From positions 352,001-416,000 of the forward strand of contig CAWFKH010000001.1 in NCBI GenBank assembly GCA_963816355.1: 64,000 nucleotides of DNA, read 5' to 3'. The stretch is from an uncultured Gemmatimonadales bacterium. GTDB lineage: Bacteria > Gemmatimonadota > Gemmatimonadetes > Longimicrobiales > RSA9. Below, piece by piece: positions 9,449 to 19,882 of this stretch. The position numbers and the translations under genes were made by a program. Each line of letters begins with the position of its first letter. Position 1 is the stretch's first letter. The notes beneath the pieces were generated by a model, which saw only the letters and a list, made by a program, of their open reading frames with translations, was not told the DNA's origin and made no database searches.

Positions 9449-10822
9449 ATGACCCGACGCAATTCGCCGCAGAAGCCGCAGCGCGCCTCCGTCCGCGCCG
9501 CGCTCCTCCTGATCCTGGTCCTTCCCCTGGGTGCCTGTGCCGACGGCGGTGCGGGAGCGGGCGGCGGGACGGCGGCCGCCGCCACCACGGACACGGTCGA
9601 CGGTGTGCCGCGCATCGGCTACGCCGCCGAGGGCGCGCCGCCGATCGCCTGGAGCGCCGACACGATCCGCGTGATCGGCGACGAGCCGGAGGAGCAGTTC
9701 GACGGCGTCGGATCCAGCGGCCTCGCGGGGGACGCCGCCGGCGACCTGTTCCTGCTCGACGGGCTCGGCGGCCGCGTGCTGAAGTTCGGCCCGGACGGCC
9801 GCTTCGTGCGGGCGTTCGGCCGCAAGGGGAACGGTCCGGGCGAGCTCGGCTCGTCGGTGGCGCTGGGGCTCGGGCCCGGCGATTCGCTGTGGGTGGACGA
9901 CCTCGGCAACATGCGCATCGACGTCCTGCCGCAGGGCGACGGCGACGCGCGCGACATCGCGCTCGACCTCTCGCGCGGCATGCCCTCGAGCTTCGCGGTC
10001 GGGCGCGACGGCTACGTGATGGCGATGCGTCCGCTCCCCGGCGGATTCCGCGTGGGTCCCAGCGAGCCGGACACGGCCGCGGCGCAGGCACCGCGGCCCG
10101 CCGACGCGCCGACGATCCCGATCGTGCGCATGGACGCGAGGGGCGCCGCCGTCGCCACCCTCTGGCGCGCGCCGGTCCCCAAGGAGATCGAGACGCGCAG
10201 CGACAACGGCGGCGGCGCCACGTTCGCGATGCGCACGCCCCGAGCGTTCGAGCCGCAGCTTCGGTGGGGGGCGCTGCCGGACGGCGGCATCGTCGTCGTG
10301 GACGGAGCGGAGTACCTGCTGCACGTGATCGACGCGGACGGAACGGAGCGGCTGCGCATTCGCCGCGACCCGCCGCCGCGCGCGACCACGGATGCCGACC
10401 GTGAGGCGGAGCGCGACCGCATCCGCTCCGCCCGCGCCTTGCGGGGCGGCCCACGCATCACCGTGGCGGTGACCAACGGCGGAGCGCCGAGCGTCGGCGC
10501 CTCCTCCGGCGGCGGACCGATCGCGCCCGACGTGAAGGCGCTCGCGGAGCGGCTGGCGCGCGGCGTCACCTTCGCGGACGTGATCCCGCGCGTGGTGGGG
10601 CTGCGCGTCGACCGCCGGGGCCGCATATGGGTGGGCGTGTCGGAGGAGCACGCGAACACCGTCGACCGCATCGACATCTATGAGCCGGATGGGCGGCTCG
10701 CCGGCGAGCTCCGCGGCCTCGCCCTGCCGGACGCCTTCACCGGCGACGACGCAGCCGCTTTCCTCACGCTCGACGAGGACGATGTCCAGCACGTCACGCT
10801 GCTCCGCCTTCGCGTGGGGTGA
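9449..10822 (+). CDS. 6-bladed beta-propeller (NHL-like) lipoprotein, copy 1
   Basis: Lipobox LGAC; RVLKFGPDGRFVRAFGRKGNGPGEL; VDRRGRIWV. Confidence 0.85.
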   Translation: MTRRNSPQKPQRASVRAALLLILVLPLGACADGGAGAGGGTAAAATTDTVDGVPRIGYAAEGAPPIAWSADTIRVIGDEPEEQFDGVGSSGLAGDAAGDLFLLDGLGGRVLKFGPDGRFVRAFGRKGNGPGELGSSVALGLGPGDSLWVDDLGNMRIDVLPQGDGDARDIALDLSRGMPSSFAVGRDGYVMAMRPLPGGFRVGPSEPDTAAAQAPRPADAPTIPIVRMDARGAAVATLWRAPVPKEIETRSDNGGGATFAMRTPRAFEPQLRWGALPDGGIVVVDGAEYLLHVIDADGTERLRIRRDPPPRATTDADREAERDRIRSARALRGGPRITVAVTNGGAPSVGASSGGGPIAPDVKALAERLARGVTFADVIPRVVGLRVDRRGRIWVGVSEEHANTVDRIDIYEPDGRLAGELRGLALPDAFTGDDAAAFLTLDEDDVQHVTLLRLRVG

Positions 10823-10850
10823 GCCGCTTCCCGAACCGACAGGACCGACC

Positions 10851-12227
10851 ATGGAGCGCCTCCAATCGAAACGCCCGGGCCGCACCGGCCGAGCCGCCTC
10901 CCTCCGCGTTCGCGGGCCGCTCGCGCTCCTCCTCGCCGCCTCGCTCGCCGCGTGCGGCGGCGAGGCCCCGGCGGGAGCCGGCGGCTCGGCCGCCGCGGCC
11001 ACCCGGGACACGGTCGACGGCGTGCCGCGCGTCGGCTACGCGGCGGACGGCGCGCCGCGCCTCGCGTGGAGCGCCGACACCGTCGCCGTGCTGGGCGACG
11101 CGTTCGGCGATTCGGAGCAGCAGTTCGACCGCGTCACGCCCGGCGGCGTGGCCGGCGACGCGGCGGGCGATGTGTTCATCCTCGACGGCTCCGGCGCGCG
11201 CGTCCTCGAGTTCACGGCGGAGGGTCGCTTCGCTCGTACCTTCGCCCGCAAGGGCCGCGGCCCCGGCGAGCTCGATTCGCCGACCGCGCTCGCGGTGGGC
11301 GCGGGCGACTCGCTGTGGATCCTGGACCCCGGCAACACGCGCGTAACCGTGCTGCCGCAGGGCGACGGCGAGGCGCGCGACGTCGCACTGGATCTGTCGC
11401 ACAGCTTCCCCGGCATGGAGTTCGCGCTCGTGCCCGGCGGCTTCGTCCAGACGGTCCGCCCCTTCTCCTTCCCGGGCATGACGGCCGGGCGGCGCCCCGG
11501 TGCCAGGATGGGCGGCGACAGCGCCGGCGCGGAGCCGGCCGCGCCCGGCATCCCGGTGCGGCGGTTCGACGCGAGCGGCACGGTCGTCGCAACGTTGTGG
11601 CGCGCTCCGGAGCCGAAGCGCGACCAGGTCACCACGCAGGTCGGCACGCACACCCTGACGATGAGCGCGCCGCGCGGCTTCGAGCCGCAGCTCCAGTGGG
11701 CGCCGCTGCCGGACGGCGGCATCGTCGTCTCCGACACCGCGGCGTACCTCCTCCACGTGGTCGATTCGGGCGGCCACGAGGTGCTTCGCATCCGCCGCGA
11801 TCCGCCGCCCCGCGCCACGACCGACGCCGACCGCGACGCCGCCCGCCAGCGCACGATCGCCAGGGCGCGCGGCGCGCGATGGTCCGTCACCATGGCGGTG
11901 GGTGGCGCGAGCGGCGTTTCCTCGGCCCCGGGCCCGTCCGCGCTCGCCGAGCAGCAGGCGCGCGCGATGACGTTCGCGGCCGTGATCCCGCGCATCGCCG
12001 GCGTGCGCGTCGACCGCCGCGGCCGCATCTGGGTCGGCGTCTCCGAGGAGCACCCCGACAGCGCCGACCGTATCGACATCTACGACCGCGGCGGCTCCCT
12101 GCTCGGCGAGCTGCGCGGCGTGCCGCTGCCGGACGCGTTCACCGGCGACGACGTCGCCGCCGTCCTCTCGCGCGACGAGGACGACGTCCAGCACGTCACG
12201 CTCCTGCGGCTGCGCGAAGGAGCCTGA
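10851..12227 (+). CDS. 6-bladed beta-propeller (NHL-like) lipoprotein, copy 2
   Basis: Lipobox LAAC; FARKGRGPGEL; colinear paralog of the preceding gene. Confidence 0.85.
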   Translation: MERLQSKRPGRTGRAASLRVRGPLALLLAASLAACGGEAPAGAGGSAAAATRDTVDGVPRVGYAADGAPRLAWSADTVAVLGDAFGDSEQQFDRVTPGGVAGDAAGDVFILDGSGARVLEFTAEGRFARTFARKGRGPGELDSPTALAVGAGDSLWILDPGNTRVTVLPQGDGEARDVALDLSHSFPGMEFALVPGGFVQTVRPFSFPGMTAGRRPGARMGGDSAGAEPAAPGIPVRRFDASGTVVATLWRAPEPKRDQVTTQVGTHTLTMSAPRGFEPQLQWAPLPDGGIVVSDTAAYLLHVVDSGGHEVLRIRRDPPPRATTDADRDAARQRTIARARGARWSVTMAVGGASGVSSAPGPSALAEQQARAMTFAAVIPRIAGVRVDRRGRIWVGVSEEHPDSADRIDIYDRGGSLLGELRGVPLPDAFTGDDVAAVLSRDEDDVQHVTLLRLREGA

Positions 12228-12297
12228 CGCCGGCCACGCGCCCGGCGGCCGCCCGCGCCACTCCCGGCGGGGCGCCGCGCGCGGCGTGCCCGCCCGT

Positions 12298-14391
<2,094 letters not shown>

Positions 14392-14532
14392 TTGAGGCTC
14401 TATTGCCACCGTCCTCAGGCACGAGGATCAGCGGGGCAGCCCCTTGCGATAACGGCAACGTTTCGGCAACCTTATCGGAAGCAGGGCCCGCCGCTTTCGG
14501 CAAACTAACGGCACCCATAACGGCCGCCTCAA

Positions 14533-15897
14533 ATGTCCGATGTCAGCAGTACCCCGGAGAACCCCTTCGAGCCACGGCTGACAAGTCACCAGGTCGCGGA
14601 ACTCCTCCGGCTGCTCGGGGAGATTGACGAATTCAAGGGCTACTGGCGTAAGCTGCGGGAACTGCGGGCCGTACGGCTGGCAGAGCTAAGGCAGGTCACG
14701 ACGATCGAGTCCGCCGGCAGTTCGACCCGCATCGAAGGCGCGGAACTCTCAGACGCCGAAGTCGCGCAGGTCCTGGATGGGCTCTCAGTGGACAGCTTTC
14801 GCGCCCGAGACGAGGCGGAGGTCCGCGGCTATGGCGAGCTCCTCCAACTCATCCTCGACCACCACGACGAGTTGCCCCTTGAGGAGAGGTTCATACTGCA
14901 ACTCCACGGCGTCCTGCTGAAGCACAGCGAACGTGACGCTTGGCACCGCGGGAAGTACAAGAAGAACGAGAACCATGTCGAGGCCCACCATCCGGACGGT
15001 CGCCGGGAGATCGTATTCCGGACGGCCAGCCCGTTCGACACTCCGCGCCTGATGGCGGAGCTGGTCGAGCGATCGCGGATCGCGCTGGATAGCCGGACGG
15101 CGCACCCCTTGATCGTAATCGGGCGCTTCATCGTTGACTTCCTCGCTATCCATCCCTTCCAGGACGGAAACGGCCGTCTGTCTCGCGCGCTGACCACGCT
15201 GCTCCTGTTGCGCGCGGGATACGATTACGTGCCGTACGCTTCCCTGGAACGGATAGTCGAAGAGAACAAGGCAAGTTACTACGCGGCTCTCCGTGCTGCG
15301 CAGCTCGAGATGAGAAAGGATTCGACGGGATTCGGAGACTGGCTCATGTTCTTTCTCCGTGCCCTCCATGTGCAGCAGCAGAACCTGGCCGCGAAGCTCG
15401 AGGTCGAGCGGTCGATGCAACAGCTCTCTGCGACGCAAACGGCCATCCTCGCAGAAATCGATCGGCTTGGGCGCGTCACCTCAACCATCCTCGCGGAGCG
15501 TCTCGATCTGCCCCCACGCACTATGCGGTATCACCTTCAGACGCTCATCCGCCAGGGTCTCGTGGAGCCGCAGGGAGAGAAGCGGGGCCGAACGTACCGG
15601 CGCGCTTCAGGCGAACCTCCTGCACATCCCGTTCATGGCCCAGACGCGCCAACGGCCGCCATCCTCGCAGCCATACTGGAAGCAGGAGGGACCATCCGCG
15701 CGGGCGACCTGAAACGGTTGGTGAAGAAACACGGCTATGACCCCCGCGTGGTTGGCACGTTGCACGGCAAACGGCTGGCGCACCTACGTCGCAAGCGTGG
15801 AACAGGTGAGAGCGTCCTCACCGCGCGGGGTCGCGAGGTCGCCGAGCAGTACCTGTTCGCGCGTCGGCTGGCGCGGGTCGATCAAGGCGCAGAGTAG
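14533..15897 (+). CDS. Fic family protein with C-terminal HTH domains
   Basis: SSTRIEG, Fic motif HPFQDGNGRLSR, winged-HTH (RTMRYHLQTLIRQGLVEPQGEKRGRTY); lower GC than its neighbours. Confidence 0.92.
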   Translation: MSDVSSTPENPFEPRLTSHQVAELLRLLGEIDEFKGYWRKLRELRAVRLAELRQVTTIESAGSSTRIEGAELSDAEVAQVLDGLSVDSFRARDEAEVRGYGELLQLILDHHDELPLEERFILQLHGVLLKHSERDAWHRGKYKKNENHVEAHHPDGRREIVFRTASPFDTPRLMAELVERSRIALDSRTAHPLIVIGRFIVDFLAIHPFQDGNGRLSRALTTLLLLRAGYDYVPYASLERIVEENKASYYAALRAAQLEMRKDSTGFGDWLMFFLRALHVQQQNLAAKLEVERSMQQLSATQTAILAEIDRLGRVTSTILAERLDLPPRTMRYHLQTLIRQGLVEPQGEKRGRTYRRASGEPPAHPVHGPDAPTAAILAAILEAGGTIRAGDLKRLVKKHGYDPRVVGTLHGKRLAHLRRKRGTGESVLTARGREVAEQYLFARRLARVDQGAE

Positions 15898-15975
15898 ATG
15901 CGCCGCACGACAGCGCGCCGCAGCAACACTCGATCGAGGTCGTCGCACAGGACGAACCGAGTTGTGTCGCATAGG

Positions 15976-15993
15976 CTTCTGCTCCATGTGCGG
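15976..15993 (+). repeat. 18-bp direct repeat, copy 2 (thiC 3' remnant)
   Basis: Identical to 14244-14261; reads FCSMCGP in frame. Confidence 0.85.
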
Positions 15994-16092
15994 GCCTCGT
16001 GACGGCGTGTCGATTTCGGCCGGTCTCGTTCGTCGCAGGGGTGAGACCGCGATCCGCGCGGGGACCGACCCGACCTCAATCCGGGAGAGGAC

Positions 16093-16497
16093 ATGCGTTT
16101 CATCGTGATGGTCATGGCGACGAAGGCAATGGAGGCGGCGCCTCCGCCGAAGCCGGAGGACTTCGTTGCGATGCAACAGTACAACGAGGCGGCCATCCGG
16201 GCCGGAGTCCTCCTCGCCGCGGAGGGGCTGACGCCGACGTCGAACGGTGCGCGCGTGAAGTTCAGCGGTGACGAACGCGTCGTCGTCGACGGCCCGTTCA
16301 CCGAGACCAAGGAGTTCGTCGCGGGCTTCTCGATCATCCGGGTGGACTCGCTGCAGGAGGCGATCGAGTGGGTGCAGCGTGCGCCGTTCAACGCCGCGAA
16401 CGGTGAGGTGGTGGTCGAGATCCGCAGGATGATGGACGTCGAGGACTTCCCCGAGGGGTTCGAGCCGAACGAGGAGATCGCGAAGGTGAAGTTCTAG
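16093..16497 (+). CDS. YciI family (DGPFAETKE) protein
   Basis: VVDGPFTETKEFVAGF; GGAGAGG RBS. Confidence 0.92.
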   Translation: MRFIVMVMATKAMEAAPPPKPEDFVAMQQYNEAAIRAGVLLAAEGLTPTSNGARVKFSGDERVVVDGPFTETKEFVAGFSIIRVDSLQEAIEWVQRAPFNAANGEVVVEIRRMMDVEDFPEGFEPNEEIAKVKF

Positions 16498-16584
16498 CTC
16501 ACCCGGGTGCTCGTCGTTGCGCGGCCGGCCGCCCCGCACCATCCTTGCCTTCCCAGCGGTTCATGCTTCGTTCCGGAGGATGAC

Positions 16585-17112
16585 ATGTCCAGTTCGGCGA
16601 CCCAGACGACGATGCTGCCCGGCTCCAGGGAACGGCTCCTGGCGGAGTACGAGCGCGAGCACGTCACGACCATGCGCGTGCTGCGCGCCTACCCGCCCGA
16701 CCAGCTCGATCTGCGGCCGCACGCGAAGTGCAAGACGGCGCGTGAGCTCGCCTGGGTCTTCGTCGGAGAGCGGGCGTTCGCGACGATGGTCATCGACGGG
16801 CTGTTCGGAGCGGCGGCGCCGATGGAGCCGCCCCCGCCGCCCGCGTCGTGGGACGCGCTCCTCGAGCAGGTCGAGACGGCCTACCAGCGCTTCCACGACA
16901 GACTGCGCGCCGAGAGCGAGGCCTGGTTCCTCGACAGCGTGCCGTTCATGGCCGGGCCGGGGAAGCCGATCGAGGTCCAGCGGCTCCAGTTCCTCTGGAT
17001 CATGCTCTTCGACGAGGTGCACCACCGCGGGCAGTTCTCGGTCTACCTGCGCATGGCGGACGGCAAGGTGCCGTCGATCTACGGCCCGTCCGGCGACGAG
17101 CCGTGGACGTAG
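16585..17112 (+). CDS. DinB family protein
   Basis: DLRPH...TARELAW; DEVHHRGQFSVYLRMADGKVPSIYGPSGDE. Confidence 0.88.
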   Translation: MSSSATQTTMLPGSRERLLAEYEREHVTTMRVLRAYPPDQLDLRPHAKCKTARELAWVFVGERAFATMVIDGLFGAAAPMEPPPPPASWDALLEQVETAYQRFHDRLRAESEAWFLDSVPFMAGPGKPIEVQRLQFLWIMLFDEVHHRGQFSVYLRMADGKVPSIYGPSGDEPWT

Positions 17113-17290
17113 CGGGTCGCTGAAACCACCGGTGAGGATCGGCTCACCAAGTCCTCACCGGGTACCTGGTTCGTGTCGCGGCCCGGCGGGTTTCCTTGAC
17201 AGCGGCGACTTGGTGTGGCAAAGTACTTGGCGGTGCGGGCCCGCAGCGCTCAGCTTCGTAGGTCCGACCGAATCTTCCATAGGAGGGCTC

Positions 17291-17470
17291 ATGAGATCCG
17301 CTGCCGCCGTCTACGTCACCGCGGTCGTGATCGCCGGTCTCGCCGCGCTGGGCGGTGCCGCCGTCGTCTACGGAGGGTACGACGATTCTCCGGGAGCCCA
17401 GTTCATCGGCCTTCTGCTCGTCCTCGGCGCGGTCGCGCTCGGTGCGAGGGCGGGCCGCCGGGGCGTGTAG
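17291..17470 (+). CDS. Small two-helix membrane protein (59 aa)
   Basis: AGGAGG RBS; two hydrophobic segments joined by GGYDDSPG. Confidence 0.65.
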   Translation: MRSAAAVYVTAVVIAGLAALGGAAVVYGGYDDSPGAQFIGLLLVLGAVALGARAGRRGV

Positions 17471-17598
17471 CGCTCGCACATTCGTGCGTGGGGAGGGCCG
17501 CGCTGCGGGACCCGTTCGACTTCTACGGCGCCGAGGAGCGGTTCCTCGCGCAGCACCTCGGGCTCGCGGGACGGGCCGGGCTCGAAGGAGCGGCTGGC

Positions 17599-18981
17599 TC
17601 AGCGCGGCACCGGCAGACCGCTCGGCACGCGCTCGGGGATGAGGCGCGTCAGGTCCCGCGCGGCGGGATCCGTGAGGGCGCGGAGATAGGCGGTGAGCGC
17701 ATCGACGACTTCGGGCTCGAGCACGACGCCCTCGATGATGGGGTCGCGCGTGGCGAGGATGGCGTCGGCGTCGTCGAGGAGGGTGCCCTGCAGGGGCGGC
17801 TCGAGCCGGGACGCGTCGTAGTCGCGCAGCTTTCTGCCGGACTCGCTGTAGTGGTCGACGAATTCGTGCAGGCTCGCGAACTGGCCGGCGTGACCGTAGG
17901 GGCCGGTCAGCTCCACGTTCCGCAGCGGCGTGGTGCGGAAAGCGTAACGGTCGGCGGCACGTCCGCTGAGGCGTTCCCGACCGAAGTCGTCGTCGCCCGC
18001 CGGTCCGTCACCGGCGCTCGGGCCGAATTGCGGCAGGGCGACGTTGTGGAAGGCGCCGTCGGTGAACGCCGGCCCGTCGTGGCACTCCGAGCATCGGATT
18101 TCCATGAAGATGCGGGCGCCCTCGAGCTGTTCCGGGCCCAGCGCGTCGTCATCCCCGGCCAGGAAGCGGTCCCACGGCGAGTCGTCGAACGCGAGCTCCG
18201 CGACGATGAAGCCGGCCATCGCATTCGTCGCAAAGGCGAAGTTCATGCGCTCGAACGGTGTGGCGGGATAGGCGGCTTCAAAGAGCCTGCGGTACTCCGG
18301 GATGCCGCCGAGCCTGCGCATGATCGCGCGCCAGATGCGCCCGGGCTGGCCATCCGGGATCTTCGCCAGCTCGTCGCCGGACGCGCCGCGCATTTCCGCG
18401 CGGGAGAGGACGGGCAGCAGCCCGACCGCCGACAGCGCGCCGAACTCGAACACGCGTTCCATGTCCTCCGTGATCCGCGGACCGACCGAAGCGCGGAAGT
18501 GCCCCTTGTCGTCGGGCGCGATCCGCCCATCCCAGAAGAAGGAGCGCATCAGGTAGAGGTTGAAGAGCGGTGGCGCGTTGCGCGCGACGAAGCGCCCGTC
18601 CGGATGAACGCGCGCCGGGCCGATTCCGGTGGCCCCCTGGCCAATGGCGAGGCGTCTCGCGTCGCCCGTCGCGTAGCGCGGTGCGTGGCAGGTCATGCAC
18701 GCAATGTCGCGGTTTCCGCTCAGGATCGGATCGAACATCAGCGCTCGACCGAGCTCGACGAGTGCGCGACGAACCGGCGGCGGTGGGGGCAGCGCTTCGA
18801 TGCCGCGCCCGGCGGCGAGCGCGCGCACGAGAGAGGCGGCGTCGCTCGTCTCGACGACGCTCGAAGCCCGCTGCGGACCCGCGGGGTCCAGCGGCCGTCG
18901 GTCCGCGCAGCCGCCCGCGACGATGGCCAGCGCCACGGCGAGCGCGCGCATGAAGAAGACAGTCAGAGGTCTTGTGGGCAT
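17599..18981 (-). CDS. Di-heme cytochrome c peroxidase (CcP/MauG family) lipoprotein
   Basis: LGRALMFDPILSGN, CMTCH and CSECH heme motifs, FRTTPLRNVELTGPYGHAG; lipobox VAGGC. Confidence 0.92.
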   Translation of the reverse strand: MPTRPLTVFFMRALAVALAIVAGGCADRRPLDPAGPQRASSVVETSDAASLVRALAAGRGIEALPPPPPVRRALVELGRALMFDPILSGNRDIACMTCHAPRYATGDARRLAIGQGATGIGPARVHPDGRFVARNAPPLFNLYLMRSFFWDGRIAPDDKGHFRASVGPRITEDMERVFEFGALSAVGLLPVLSRAEMRGASGDELAKIPDGQPGRIWRAIMRRLGGIPEYRRLFEAAYPATPFERMNFAFATNAMAGFIVAELAFDDSPWDRFLAGDDDALGPEQLEGARIFMEIRCSECHDGPAFTDGAFHNVALPQFGPSAGDGPAGDDDFGRERLSGRAADRYAFRTTPLRNVELTGPYGHAGQFASLHEFVDHYSESGRKLRDYDASRLEPPLQGTLLDDADAILATRDPIIEGVVLEPEVVDALTAYLRALTDPAARDLTRLIPERVPSGLPVPR

Positions 18982-19049
18982 TGTCGCCTCCGGGATAGGC
19001 GGGAATCGGCGGAGGCTCGCCGACGACGCGCCTCCGCCGATCACCGGGC

Positions 19050-19676
19050 TCAGGCCGACGGCGTGCAGACGTTGGTTTCGGGGCTGATCTCGCATTCGCA
19101 CAGGGGCACGTCCGGGTTGAAATTGTCGAACATGCCGTCCTTGTTGTGCTTCCACACCCAGATGTGCGCGATCCAGCCGTCGTGCGCGTCATTGAACGTC
19201 ATCGGGGCGCCGATCCCTTCCACGCTCGGTGCGGGGGCGTCCTTGGAAAGGGCCGTGGCGGGGATGAAGTAGTCGAAGGCGACCATCCTCGCGTGGCCGC
19301 TCGCCGGGTTGGAATCGTAGACGATCAGTTCCGGCTCGAGGAGGGAGGCGTGGTCGTCCAGGAGCGTCGGGTTCAGCGTGTGATACCCCATGCCGCGCGC
19401 CTGGGAGGCGGTGAGCCCTTCGGTACGCTCGTCCGAGCACCCCACGTCCACGGTGTAGCCGTCGGCTTCCGCCGTCGCGCGGTTGTGCCAGCTCGCCGTC
19501 CGGCTGCGCAGCGCGGCGAGGGCCTGATCGACGGATGCCGGAGAGATCGATCCCGCCAGGGCGGAAGCGGAAGGGGCGGCGACTTCGGACGGCGTCGGGT
19601 CGTCCGCCGTGCATCCCGCGAACGCGAGCAGGGTGCATACGGCGGCCAGATGTCGTGCGTGTGCAGAGGGGGACAT
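19050..19676 (-). CDS. Hypothetical lipoprotein with GMGYH and HIWVW motifs
   Basis: Lipobox FAGC; GGAGG RBS; GMGYH...PELIVY...HIWVWKHNKDGMFDNFNPDV; three Cys at the C-terminus. Confidence 0.75.
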   Translation of the reverse strand: MSPSAHARHLAAVCTLLAFAGCTADDPTPSEVAAPSASALAGSISPASVDQALAALRSRTASWHNRATAEADGYTVDVGCSDERTEGLTASQARGMGYHTLNPTLLDDHASLLEPELIVYDSNPASGHARMVAFDYFIPATALSKDAPAPSVEGIGAPMTFNDAHDGWIAHIWVWKHNKDGMFDNFNPDVPLCECEISPETNVCTPSA

Positions 19677-19882
19677 GAACGACCTCCGTGCGTGGGAAGG
19701 GAAAACTGGAGCGGAGCGGATCGATATTGCTCCACCCGTGGTGTGCGACTACGTTGCAAAGGAGCGGTCAATTATCGATCAGCCCTCGCTCAACGGCGGT
19801 TGATTCGGTGGTCGACCCTGCCGGTCCACGATCCGGCATTGCTCCGGCTTCGGCTGGCGCCTCCTCGGATGTCACCTCTGGC

